Below are positions 16,616 to 25,893 of a stretch of 28,624 nt of DNA, piece by piece; position 1 is the stretch's first letter, and each line of letters starts with the position of its first letter. The stretch spans positions 1 to 28,624 of the forward strand of contig CAZDDA010000001.1 of NCBI GenBank assembly GCA_964504085.1, read 5' to 3'. Both the position numbers and the translations under genes were made by a program. Below the pieces are notes generated by a model. That model ran no database searches, was not told where the DNA came from, and saw only the letters and a list, made by a program, of their open reading frames with translations. This DNA is from an uncultured Thermotogae bacterium. GTDB taxonomy: Bacteria > Bipolaricaulota > Bipolaricaulia > UBA7950 > UBA9294.

Positions 16616-16665
16616 CGAGGTGTGCGGGATAGGCCATCTTCTCTCCCGGCCTGTCCCGCACCTCG
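16616..16665 (+). other. Long hairpin immediately after the tail tube stop codon
   Basis: CGAGGTG(TG)CGGGATAGGCC pairs with GGCCTGTCCCGCACCTCG (~18 bp, one 2-nt bulge). No U tract. Confidence 0.7.
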
Positions 16666-16797
16666 CCAGACGCAGTACCTGCCAGCTCACCCCGACCAGG
16701 GTGGGTCGACCGACAGGCAACGATCAGATGCGATCAGATGCGATCGATTCTGGAGGATTGATGTTTGCACTCCGACGCCTGAGGAACGAGCAAACTG

Positions 16798-17517
16798 ATG
16801 GTTGAAATGGACGTGCGCGGGGACTTCACGCCGGCGTTGAGGTTGTTTAGCGCGGTTGAGAGGCAGATACCATATGCCACAGCGGGCGCGATCAACACCA
16901 CGCTCACAACTGCGCAGCGGGAGATCCGTGGAGGTCTCGAGCGCCGTTTCACGCTCCGGAGGAAGCAATTCATAGAACGGACTATCAAAATCAATCGCCA
17001 GGACTTCGCGACGAAGACGAAGCTCGAGGGGAGGCTACAGGTCGATCGCGATCGGCCCGTGTTGGCGAAGCACGAGCACGGAGGCAGGAAACAGCCGAAG
17101 AGCGGCCACCTCGCAATTCCGACCGGGACCAGGCACAGGAGGACAAAGCGTTTTCCAACCCTCAAATCCCGTTACGGGCCATTCAGGCACCAAGGACGGC
17201 GGTTACTCGGCAAGGACAGAACGTTCATTATCGCGACTGGTTCCAGTGCTGGCCTGTATCAACGTACTGGGCGCGGCCGGCGATCGAAGATCAAGCAGCT
17301 TTATGCGTTTAAGCGCTCAGTTCCAATCGAGGCGCGGCTCAGATTCGTGGAGACCGCCACTCGAGTAATACACCGAGACTATGCAAGGAACTTCCACCGC
17401 GCACTCGACCGAGCCATGCACACAGCTAAAGCGAGCGGGGCGATCAGGTATGTCCCGGACGCCATTGGTGCAATCTCAAACGCATTAGGTCGTTCTGCTG
17501 GCTCAGAAGGAGGTTAG
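16798..17517 (+). CDS. gpZ-like protein, paralogue 2 (239 aa)
   Basis: Aligns by eye along its length with 5316-6098 (ERQIPYATAGAIN / ERQLPFATSLAIN, LAIP, RTF, G.YQR.GR, RVIH...NFH.AL.RA). Confidence 0.75.
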   Translation: MVEMDVRGDFTPALRLFSAVERQIPYATAGAINTTLTTAQREIRGGLERRFTLRRKQFIERTIKINRQDFATKTKLEGRLQVDRDRPVLAKHEHGGRKQPKSGHLAIPTGTRHRRTKRFPTLKSRYGPFRHQGRRLLGKDRTFIIATGSSAGLYQRTGRGRRSKIKQLYAFKRSVPIEARLRFVETATRVIHRDYARNFHRALDRAMHTAKASGAIRYVPDAIGAISNALGRSAGSEGG

Positions 17518-17841
17518 ATGAACCAAATGAGTACAGACCGCGAGTTCTTCGATGCGTACGACGCGGTCGAACTCGAGCTTCCCAACGGAAAGACGATTCG
17601 GTGTAAGGCACCGACGCTCGAAGAATCAGCCCGACTGCTTGGGCTACTCCAGAAAATGCAACACGGTGATATGACGGCCATGGGCGAGTTCTTGAAGGAG
17701 TTCCCGAAGGCGGTCGGCGCCGGCAAGGCCTTCAACGGCCTTCTGCCCGGCGAACTCGTGCGAGTAGCAAACCGTTTTTTCTGGCAGACGGACCGGATGA
17801 CAACGGCGGAAACGCCGGCGACGAGCGACGAGTCCGTTTGA
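17518..17841 (+). CDS. Tail assembly chaperone G
   Basis: 107 aa, upstream of tape measure, slippery heptamer near the 3' end. Confidence 0.85.
   Translation: MNQMSTDREFFDAYDAVELELPNGKTIRCKAPTLEESARLLGLLQKMQHGDMTAMGEFLKEFPKAVGAGKAFNGLLPGELVRVANRFFWQTDRMTTAETPATSDESV
17775..17781 (+). promoter_or_regulatory. -1 ribosomal frameshift site T TTT TTC
   Basis: In X XXY YYZ phase with G (CGT TTT TTC). The -1 frame is open without stops into ORF 17838-18113. Confidence 0.8.
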
Positions 17842-18113
17842 ACGACATGCTCGTCGAGTATGCGGGAACCTACGGCGGGCCGCCGCCTCGAGACCTCCCC
17901 TGGCCGTTGTTTGTGTTGCTGGTGCGTGAGTCTGGAAGGTTCAGTGCTCGGAGGCTCCTTGAATTGATGCAGGGAGTGGGCTTCGGAGCCGGCCGTCTAT
18001 TCACAAAGAACGACGCACCCGCACAGGCAATGCAGAACCAGGTCGAGCAGCTGGCATATCCGCAGGAGAGGGAGCCAACGCGGCGGATCATCACGGGGAC
18101 AGATCATGGCTGA
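17838..18113 (+). CDS. T segment of the GT tail chaperone
   Basis: In the -1 frame relative to G, open from the slip site, ends overlapping the tape measure start. Confidence 0.8.
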   Translation: MNDMLVEYAGTYGGPPPRDLPWPLFVLLVRESGRFSARRLLELMQGVGFGAGRLFTKNDAPAQAMQNQVEQLAYPQEREPTRRIITGTDHG

Positions 18114-19863
18114 AGAGCGCGTATCGGTAGTTCTCCGAGCGCGAGATCTCGCGAGCAAAGTTCTGACCGGCATTCGCGGCCGTATGCAACGGCTACGGCA
18201 ATCGGTGTTCTCGCTTAAGGGCGCGATGGTTGGTCTGGGAACTGCGTTTGCGGCTGGGAGGCTCGGCCAGAGCCTTATAACCGCGTTCACGAAACAACAA
18301 GACGCCGTTGTTGGCCTCGGCAGCGCCCTCGAGCAGACCGGCAAGTCCGGATCCGCTGCTCTTGAGCAGCTTACTCGAAACGCGTCGAATCTCCAACGAG
18401 TCACACGCCAGGGCGACGAGGCAATTCTCGCCGCAACCGAGAGTCTGACTCTTCTCGCACCGGCGCTCAACACAAGCGAGCTCGAGCGGGGACAGCAGGC
18501 GATTGTCGGATTGGGAGAGGGCCTCTTCAAAGGCGACATCAACGCCGCAGCTCAGATGCTCGGAAAGACGATCGGCGGCACAACGAACGCGTTGTCGAGG
18601 TATGGCATCGAGGTCGACATGTCCGGATCCGCCACCGAACGTCTAAATCAGATCCTTGAGCAGTCCGCTCGATATTTCGAGGTGGCGAAGGACAAGACCA
18701 AGACGGTCGGCGGGTCGATCCAGCAGTTATCGAACGCGTTCGGCGATCTCAAGGAGACGCTAGGCGGTGTCCTCGCGGATATGCTCGGCCTCACAAACAG
18801 GGCCGGAGGTCTCACCGAGCAGACCTTTGGACTAATCACGGCTATCGAGGAGAACCGCGGCCAGATCGTGGCCTGGGGCCAGGTGGCGATCAGAAGTATC
18901 GGTTTCGTCGCTCAAGCGTTCAAGACTTTGATCCGGAGCGCCTTCAACGTCGGAGAGATTCTCGGACGCGGCCTCGAGATCGCGTTTTCCTCTGTGGTCG
19001 GCGCGGTACTCCGCGGGCTCGAGCTGGCAATTGCAACACCGATCAACTTCCTGATCGAACAGGTCAACCGGATCCCCGGCGTCGACATCGACTTCAGGAT
19101 TGGCGGGTTCGGAGCCGACGCGTTCTTCGCGAACGTGGCGACGCAGACACAGAATCTTCGTGGCGACATCTCGGACCTTGGCGAGACACTCGGCAACTTG
19201 GCGGGCTCGTGGCAGAGTGTAGCCGACTCTGCCGGTCGGGCCTGGGATGTTCAGTCCGGAGCGGCCAACGTCACGCCCGAGGTCCCTACAGCCGCACTAC
19301 TGCCAGCACATGCGAAGCTGCCGTTTGGGCCCCTTGAGGCCCCCTTGATCTCGATCGACGGCGGGACCGCGAAGAAGTTCGACGTTGGTGACACTGTCGG
19401 AAAACTCGGGAACGCTCTCGGCACGATGGAAGGTGCGGCTGGTGCCGCGACGAAAGCCACCGACCAAATGGCGACCACAGTCATCAACGCATTTTCGCAG
19501 ATGGCACAGGCAGCGCAACAGGGATCGGGCGGATTGCTGGGTGGCATCATCGGTGGCGCTGCCGGAATCCTCACCGCGATTCCCGGGGTCGGAACTGTCG
19601 CGAGCGCGGGCATTCTTGCCGGCGGTGGTTTGCTATCGAGCCTGGTGAGCGGTGGAGGTGGCGGGCCGGTCGCGGTGAAAGTCGACAGCTACGGGTCGAA
19701 TGCCATCAGCACGATGCGAGATCTCCAGGAACGCGAGATCAACTTCACGGCAATCATACGCTCGGACGGCGCAGAGGTGTGGCGAATCAACCAGGCGCTG
19801 CTCGAGCTGACGCGCCAGGACGGCACATTCAGGATCCTGCCGGCAGGAGGGTTCGGTGGGTAG
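18106..19863 (+). CDS. Tape measure protein (585 aa)
   Basis: Long Ala/Gly-rich helical protein with a hydrophobic Gly-rich C-terminal segment, located after G/GT. Confidence 0.92.
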   Translation: MAEERVSVVLRARDLASKVLTGIRGRMQRLRQSVFSLKGAMVGLGTAFAAGRLGQSLITAFTKQQDAVVGLGSALEQTGKSGSAALEQLTRNASNLQRVTRQGDEAILAATESLTLLAPALNTSELERGQQAIVGLGEGLFKGDINAAAQMLGKTIGGTTNALSRYGIEVDMSGSATERLNQILEQSARYFEVAKDKTKTVGGSIQQLSNAFGDLKETLGGVLADMLGLTNRAGGLTEQTFGLITAIEENRGQIVAWGQVAIRSIGFVAQAFKTLIRSAFNVGEILGRGLEIAFSSVVGAVLRGLELAIATPINFLIEQVNRIPGVDIDFRIGGFGADAFFANVATQTQNLRGDISDLGETLGNLAGSWQSVADSAGRAWDVQSGAANVTPEVPTAALLPAHAKLPFGPLEAPLISIDGGTAKKFDVGDTVGKLGNALGTMEGAAGAATKATDQMATTVINAFSQMAQAAQQGSGGLLGGIIGGAAGILTAIPGVGTVASAGILAGGGLLSSLVSGGGGGPVAVKVDSYGSNAISTMRDLQEREINFTAIIRSDGAEVWRINQALLELTRQDGTFRILPAGGFGG

Positions 19864-20692
19864 CGCGGTCTTTCTCGTCGAGAACTTCTTCAACGTCCAT
19901 CAGTTCCCGGACCACGTGATCGATGCGGCAGAGGAACCGACGGGTACCGAGGCGTGGAGGGTTGGGACGGGTCGGAGGGACACCGAAAGCAATAAGTGGA
20001 CTCCGACCACCGCAAACTCTAGCACATATCTCGACGTCGAGTGCAATCGCGTGCGCAGCGCTGATATGCTCGTAATGGACGGCCACAACCTCGCCGGCTA
20101 CGACTTCGAGCTCCATGGGTCGAATGACGACCACACAACCCATGAATCGATTCTCGATCTCACGATTCCCGCTGTCTCGGCTCCTGGACGCCTCGAGGAC
20201 GGTGTGCTCACCGAGGAAGGCGCGTATGTCAGAAGGGTCGATCTCCCTCGTGGATACAAATACTGGCGTCCCTATTTCCCTGCGATGGGAGCCGATCTAA
20301 AGCCCATTGTGACCGGCCTCTGGCTCGGCCTCTCATACTCAACGGACGACCTCGTTCGGCCGGCCGACGTGGACATGACCGAGCTGCACGCGGCGGAAAC
20401 AATGAGTGAACACGGCTGGCTCGGCCGCGGCCACGCGACACGGAGCAGGGTCGGCACGTTCAACATCGACCTTTGGGGCTTCATGAAATACGATCTCGCC
20501 CGCTACCACTTGAGCACGCTCTTCGGGAAAGGATACCCGATGTGGTTTGTGCCCGACTCTGACCAGGCCGACCGGGCGTTCTGTGTCGTGAGGCCCGGTG
20601 GGTCCCGTGTCGGGTTCCAGCTCGGGCAGCGCTGGTCGTATGAGTCAGCGCAGATCCCATACATCGAGCACCAGCCGTCGGAGGATCGATGA
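19856..20692 (+). CDS. Distal-tail/baseplate protein candidate (278 aa)
   Basis: First gene after the tape measure. Beta-rich with a probable inserted jelly-roll segment (LVMDGHNL...FELHGSND...YKYWR). Confidence 0.6.
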   Translation: MGSAVFLVENFFNVHQFPDHVIDAAEEPTGTEAWRVGTGRRDTESNKWTPTTANSSTYLDVECNRVRSADMLVMDGHNLAGYDFELHGSNDDHTTHESILDLTIPAVSAPGRLEDGVLTEEGAYVRRVDLPRGYKYWRPYFPAMGADLKPIVTGLWLGLSYSTDDLVRPADVDMTELHAAETMSEHGWLGRGHATRSRVGTFNIDLWGFMKYDLARYHLSTLFGKGYPMWFVPDSDQADRAFCVVRPGGSRVGFQLGQRWSYESAQIPYIEHQPSEDR

Positions 20693-20859
20693 AGTACTTG
20701 GTTGCATCGGCGCTGCTCGTCTTCTGTGCGTGCGGCTCTCCGAACGGTCCAGGTGACCGCAACTGCCACATGGTTGCCGACACAACGGTCCTCGCACCAA
20801 ACGGGGACAGCGTCAGGACCCAGGTCGAGGTGTGTGTCGAATACTGGAGGATGCCGTGA
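20689..20859 (+). CDS. Small putative lipoprotein (56 aa, below the ORF-track cutoff)
   Basis: MKYLVASALLVFCAC-GSPNG...: signal peptide with lipobox-like Cys15. ATGA and GTGA overlaps with both neighbours. Confidence 0.7.
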   Translation: MKYLVASALLVFCACGSPNGPGDRNCHMVADTTVLAPNGDSVRTQVEVCVEYWRMP

Positions 20860-22151
20860 GTATCCACCCGAGTGACATCCTTTTCTACGCGGGCGGGGCA
20901 GCCCTCCGGCAATTCGGAACGCTTTCCAGGCGGACAACCGGAATCGCTCGGCGTGGCGAGGGTGTGATCGAGAACTTCGCGCGGACCGGTACAGCGTACT
21001 TCATGGGCAAGGACGGACTATACCACGCCTCGGAAGAAGACGTTTTCCGGCCTCACTGGGTTGATGCCGATGGTGACGGAATACTCGATACGCTGACGTT
21101 GCTCCTCGAGGACGAGCGGGAAAACGAACTACTGCTGAGTAGCGACTTTGGCCCAGGCCCACCGTACACGTGGTCGTCGCCGGGCAACTTCATCATCACC
21201 AGTAGAACAAGCATAATCGATGGCCAGACGGCATACGAGCACGAGCGCGATGGCGGGTCATCCCGAATACAATCCGTCGGCACGTTCACCGGGGACGATG
21301 AGACATGCTATCTCATCGTCGAGAACGTCGACGCCAGTGTAACACGGCTAAGGATCTACGATGCTACTGGGGCGTCCTACGTCGCTGGTGCGCTCCTTAC
21401 GTGGAGTACTGGCGCAATCACACTCTATGAGGGCACTGGGGCCGTGTTCGGGGCGAAGTTGCTCAACGAAGGGCCGAACGGCGGTGAGGTATACCTATTC
21501 GGTGTCACTTGTTCCGGGACGGTTGGGCACACACGGCATGTGTACGTTCAGCCTGTAGGCGACAACAACTCGGTCTCGGCGATCCTACACCACTGCCAAC
21601 TGGAGGAGGCCGGGTTCTACTCCTCGCCGATCGTGACGGACACGGCAGCAGTTACTCGCAACGCCGAGGCGCTTTCGTTGCCGCTTTGGACTCCGCCACG
21701 GGCGATGACGATATATGCAAAATTGCGCGAGGTTGGATCGACGCTGATCAGCAATTGGCCGCGAGTGTGTCAGATAGGCGGATCGGGAAACAATGCGTCG
21801 GTGCGGATTTGGGCGAGGCTTGGCTACTACACGATGAACATTCGCAACAGTGGCGGCAGTAGTACGCAATCCGCGATGACGACGGCACCATCTTTCGACG
21901 ACATCGTTGAATTGCGCGGCACATTAAGCAGCGACGGTTCGGTCCAACTGCACCAATCAATCAACGTTGGTGACGAGTCCTCAGGCCCGGCGTCTGGGGC
22001 CCTCGCGCTAGATTCCGTGTGGGGTGGGCACTCGCTGTATATCAATTACGAGGGCGTTGCGGGTAATAATGTTGGCCACCAACAACTCGAAGCGCTGATC
22101 GTCGCTCCCGGTTCGCAATCTCTCTCAGACTTCAGGGCGCTTCTCCCGTGA
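20856..22151 (+). CDS. Fibre/spike-type virion protein with probable LamG-like C-terminal domain (~431 aa)
   Basis: GTAYFMGKDG...LLLEDERENELLLS and QLEEAGFYSSPIVTDTAAVTRNAE motifs typical of phage spike/fibre domains. GTG 20856 follows SD GGAGG. Confidence 0.7.
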   Translation: MSIHPSDILFYAGGAALRQFGTLSRRTTGIARRGEGVIENFARTGTAYFMGKDGLYHASEEDVFRPHWVDADGDGILDTLTLLLEDERENELLLSSDFGPGPPYTWSSPGNFIITSRTSIIDGQTAYEHERDGGSSRIQSVGTFTGDDETCYLIVENVDASVTRLRIYDATGASYVAGALLTWSTGAITLYEGTGAVFGAKLLNEGPNGGEVYLFGVTCSGTVGHTRHVYVQPVGDNNSVSAILHHCQLEEAGFYSSPIVTDTAAVTRNAEALSLPLWTPPRAMTIYAKLREVGSTLISNWPRVCQIGGSGNNASVRIWARLGYYTMNIRNSGGSSTQSAMTTAPSFDDIVELRGTLSSDGSVQLHQSINVGDESSGPASGALALDSVWGGHSLYINYEGVAGNNVGHQQLEALIVAPGSQSLSDFRALLP

Positions 22152-24802
22152 AGTCGAACTGGAATGCCACGTTAGAGCGCTGGACGCGCTGTGTGCCATG
22201 TAGTGCACGGGAGATGGTGTACGCGGCAGTGGTCGAGAACGCGGACGTCGTCTGCACGTATGACGGATGGGAAGACGCGGACTCGCTCACCGGCCTCGAC
22301 AATCTGGAAGACGGCAGTCTCGAGATCGAGCCCACGATCTCCGACAAGATCACGCACACCACGCAGGACGGGTACTACACCGATCTTGACCACGCGTCTC
22401 CGTACAGCGCTGCGCAGATACAGTGGAAGGGCGACGATCCGCGCGATTTCGAAATCCACAAAGTGAAGGCCTGGCTCCACCCGAAGCGCACTGGCGATCC
22501 TCAGACAGTGGCGCGTTGGGGGTGTCAGATCATGGGGCTCCAACGAGTTGAGCGCGGGCGCCACGTTATCGTACCGCTGTCGACAATCATCTGGGTCGAT
22601 GAGAGTGGATCGATTGCGCATGAAGTGACGTTCGACTTCACCGGCGTGCATCCGAGGCCGCGGCCTAAGACACTGGTCCCGAACGATCCCGACAACAACT
22701 ACCGGTTTCCCACGTCGTACATCCTCATCTATGCGGCACAGAGTGATGGCAGTCCTGCGGATAATTGCGGCTGGGGCCGTGACTCGGCTCAGCCGAGCAA
22801 GACCGATTCTGACGGTGATGTCCTGAAGGGATATACGCTCACCAAGGTGACCACGATCGACGGGTTCGGGTTGTACGGGGCAACCGACGACTCGATGACT
22901 CCGTACATCACAATCCAGGAGGGAGGCTACACACAGCAAACCGTCGAATTTACGAACAACAACATGGATCTCGGAGCAACGCCGGCATCGGCTGACGAAG
23001 TCGTCTTTGTAGTCCAAGGTTCTGAGCGGTCAGGCACCAGTCTCACCGCCAGTGCACGGATTCCAGCCGGATCTTGGGTTGAGGTGAAGGATGGACAAAC
23101 AGCAGCCGATGTGGGCCTGGCTGCGAACCGGTACTATGAGATGAAGTGCGATCTCGATCCGGACACAAACGGCGTCGTCTCTCCGATCTTGCGTCGGTTG
23201 GGTGTCGAGGATGTCGCACTCATGAATCTTTCGAGTGTTGTGGACGTGAAGGAGATCCACCGCCAGGTCGATCCGGTCACGCTCAAGACTTACATCTCGA
23301 GCGCGAAGCTCGTGGCGATCCAAGACGGTGTGCGAGACTGGAACGACGCGATCACCTCTTTGCTTTCCACTTATTACGTGGGCCAGATCCAGTTCCGGAT
23401 CTACTGGGGGCACCCAGATCTCGATCGTCAGTATTGGATGGAGATGGGCACATTCATCGAGCCGATACCGAAGGCGATCGACGGCGCGATGGAGATCACG
23501 GCATTCAGCCCTCTCGCCTTGGTGAAGGCGAAACTTCCGAGGTTCAACACCGGTACCAGCAGCCGCGCCCCGCTCACCTACGCCGGCGAAACGCTGAAGG
23601 ATGTCTACGAGGATCTCCTGGACAGTCAGATAGAGCTGCCGGGCCGATTTCGAGGTCCTGGGATCGAAGATGATACGACCACTATCTCGAGACGGATCAA
23701 CGAAGAACTCGAAGCAAAAGATCTCCTCGATGCGATCGCATACTGTGACGGGAGTGCGGTAGGTGAGTCTCAGGGACGCGTCAAGGCTTTCAATATGTAC
23801 GGCGACAAGGCTGTTGTCGCTGTTTTTCCTTCGAAGACGATCAAGCCCTCCTACGTGTCCCCAGGATACGAGCATCGAATACCCCAGTGGACTGTCAAAT
23901 ATGGGTGGAGCGAAGACGAGAATCGGTATCTCGGCGAAGCGTATTTCGCGCATGGGTCATCACTCACCAACCTCGGCCGTGCGTCGTTGAACGACACACA
24001 AGACCCGGGTGATGAAGTGATGAAGTTGCTCGACGACCCGTCACCGCCTGCAGTACCTGATTTGGTTGACACAATCGGCGGTCGCGGCGTCAAGTTCTTC
24101 GGCCCCGGTCTCCTCACACTCGGATTCAACTCTGTTTATGCATATCCCGAGCTCGAGCTCGGCGACCTGGTCGCGGTCGAGACCGATCGATTCGTTGCGG
24201 TCGACCCGAACACCGCGAACGCAGTGAGAGGTCGCCTGTGGATACTCGGGGTCATCGTCGACCACGACAAGCGTGGCGAGAACTTCGTTGTCTGGTGCCG
24301 TGATTACGCCGACATCTTTGGTTCCGCCACGGCGGGAAGTATTACGGTCGGGTTCGAGCGAGCTCGCGCCAAGGTCTACCACGACACGGATCAGACTTTC
24401 ACCGGCTCTCCATACAGCTGGGACGTGCCGTGGAACAGTGAAGCGTTTGACCACGGCGACGTTCACAGCACCACTCCGCCGCTCGAATCACGGCTCACGG
24501 TGCCGCCGGGAGCAGGTGGCAGTTACAAAGCCACCCTCAACGCCACCTACAGCGGGCTTGCCGGAGGCGGCGCCAATTGGTGGGCCTACTTCGTACTCAG
24601 GACCAACGGCGGTGCGTACCGGACGCACAGGCTGGACGGAAACTCTCCTGCGACCGGCTCGTTCACGATCGAACTCCCGCTCGAGCTCGATGCAGCTGAC
24701 TACGTGTTCCTGCGCGTGCTCACAAACACCGGGGTCACGGTAACGATGAATTGCAGCACTGAAGATGAATCGAGCCTCGCGCTTACGAGGATTGGAAAAT
24801 GA
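22148..24802 (+). CDS. Large tail-tip/central fibre protein with C-terminal C1q/TNF-like domain (884 aa)
   Basis: Last and largest tail gene. The C-terminal ~145 aa (AKVYHDTDQ...VPWNSEAFD...RLTVP..G.Y...LELDAADYV.L) resemble a gC1q fold. Confidence 0.7.
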   Translation: MKSNWNATLERWTRCVPCSAREMVYAAVVENADVVCTYDGWEDADSLTGLDNLEDGSLEIEPTISDKITHTTQDGYYTDLDHASPYSAAQIQWKGDDPRDFEIHKVKAWLHPKRTGDPQTVARWGCQIMGLQRVERGRHVIVPLSTIIWVDESGSIAHEVTFDFTGVHPRPRPKTLVPNDPDNNYRFPTSYILIYAAQSDGSPADNCGWGRDSAQPSKTDSDGDVLKGYTLTKVTTIDGFGLYGATDDSMTPYITIQEGGYTQQTVEFTNNNMDLGATPASADEVVFVVQGSERSGTSLTASARIPAGSWVEVKDGQTAADVGLAANRYYEMKCDLDPDTNGVVSPILRRLGVEDVALMNLSSVVDVKEIHRQVDPVTLKTYISSAKLVAIQDGVRDWNDAITSLLSTYYVGQIQFRIYWGHPDLDRQYWMEMGTFIEPIPKAIDGAMEITAFSPLALVKAKLPRFNTGTSSRAPLTYAGETLKDVYEDLLDSQIELPGRFRGPGIEDDTTTISRRINEELEAKDLLDAIAYCDGSAVGESQGRVKAFNMYGDKAVVAVFPSKTIKPSYVSPGYEHRIPQWTVKYGWSEDENRYLGEAYFAHGSSLTNLGRASLNDTQDPGDEVMKLLDDPSPPAVPDLVDTIGGRGVKFFGPGLLTLGFNSVYAYPELELGDLVAVETDRFVAVDPNTANAVRGRLWILGVIVDHDKRGENFVVWCRDYADIFGSATAGSITVGFERARAKVYHDTDQTFTGSPYSWDVPWNSEAFDHGDVHSTTPPLESRLTVPPGAGGSYKATLNATYSGLAGGGANWWAYFVLRTNGGAYRTHRLDGNSPATGSFTIELPLELDAADYVFLRVLTNTGVTVTMNCSTEDESSLALTRIGK

Positions 24803-25065
24803 ACCCAGAGCTTGGCGCGGTCGTGGGTGTGGCCATCACGGGCGGGATCGCAATCACAAAGATCATCGACCGTTTCTGGCCACAGAACGGCAACGGAAAA
24901 GTTGAGATCCTGCTTGCGCGACTCGTCGAACTGGCGGAGGAGGACAGGAAGGACCGGGCTGAAACGTCTCGGTCGCTTGCACTGATGCAGCGAGAAATGG
25001 AACAACACGAGAAGCGCGAGTCCCAGGCCTGGCGGGACGCGTTCGCGCTGCTGAGGAAGGAATGA
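24799..25065 (+). CDS. Single-TM plus coiled-coil protein, holin/lysis accessory candidate (88 aa)
   Basis: N-terminal hydrophobic helix, ATGA overlaps with the tail gene and endolysin. Confidence 0.7.
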   Translation: MNPELGAVVGVAITGGIAITKIIDRFWPQNGNGKVEILLARLVELAEEDRKDRAETSRSLALMQREMEQHEKRESQAWRDAFALLRKE

Positions 25066-25544
25066 CCCACTACTCGCATCGCTCGCTTACTCGTCTCCGG
25101 ACGTGCCACGACGAGCTCGAGCAGCTCATGCTCGAGGTGGACAAGCATTTCCCGAACACGGTCCTCGAGGGGAAGCGCACGATCGAGCAGCAGCGGAAAA
25201 ACGTCGCGACGGGCGTGTCGAAGACAATGGACTCCCGACACCTGGACGACCCGTCGAATGCGGTCGACGCTGCTCCGGATCCACTTTCGTGGCCAAAGAT
25301 GCACGCCGACCTGGCCGAGCTGCTGGAACGCATGTCCGCTCAACAGCGACGAGAGATGGCGAAACACATCCTCGGCTACGCCAAGCAATTGGCTCATTGG
25401 TATTACTTCGGCGGGTTTGTGCTGGGAACGGCGGCGCAGATGGGAATCAACATACGCTGGGGCGGCGACTGGGACGGCGATCGGCAAGTCCATGATCAAT
25501 CATTCGATGATTTGCCTCACTTCGAACGTAGCAAAGGAGGATAG
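25062..25544 (+). CDS. Endolysin, M15 family L-Ala-D-Glu peptidase
   Basis: EGKRT.EQQ, SRH, AVD, RWGGDW and DLPHFE Zn-peptidase motifs. Confidence 0.93.
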   Translation: MTHYSHRSLTRLRTCHDELEQLMLEVDKHFPNTVLEGKRTIEQQRKNVATGVSKTMDSRHLDDPSNAVDAAPDPLSWPKMHADLAELLERMSAQQRREMAKHILGYAKQLAHWYYFGGFVLGTAAQMGINIRWGGDWDGDRQVHDQSFDDLPHFERSKGG

Positions 25545-25545
25545 A

Positions 25546-25893
25546 ATGGAACTGCTTACGGAATTCTCAGCCTGGATCACGGCCGCACTCACAGCCGTGG
25601 TGATGGGATTACTCAAGCTCGTGATCGGTTGGAAGGACAGGAGCTTCGAGGCGCTGTCAGCGAAGCTCCAGGAGGTGGATGGCGCGATCGTCAAATCGTT
25701 GAAAGCCTTACAGCCGATCGTGGTCGCAGCGATCAGCGCGATTCTTCTCGTCGTGCAGAATCAGATCACCGGCACACCACTTCCATCAGCTGAGGTTGTC
25801 GCGGAGACACCCACGGTTACGGTGCTCGCCATACTGATGCGAGAGCTGTGGGTGAGGTTCGTGAAGCCGCATTTGCCGATCGGGGCGACGTGA
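25546..25893 (+). CDS. Multi-TM membrane protein, holin-like (115 aa)
   Basis: ATG 25546 after SD AGGAGG, with 2-3 hydrophobic segments. Confidence 0.7.
   Translation: MELLTEFSAWITAALTAVVMGLLKLVIGWKDRSFEALSAKLQEVDGAIVKSLKALQPIVVAAISAILLVVQNQITGTPLPSAEVVAETPTVTVLAILMRELWVRFVKPHLPIGAT

Noticed and set aside
20856-24802. Diversity-generating retroelement or invertible tail-fibre switch
   Set aside because: No reverse transcriptase or invertase gene, and I saw no TR/VR pair or flanking inverted repeats in this window.
25258-25545. Upstream extensions of track ORFs (also 1941, 2215, 20832, 25848 starts)
   Set aside because: They overlap established genes. Downstream starts with clear SD or stop-start overlaps fit better.
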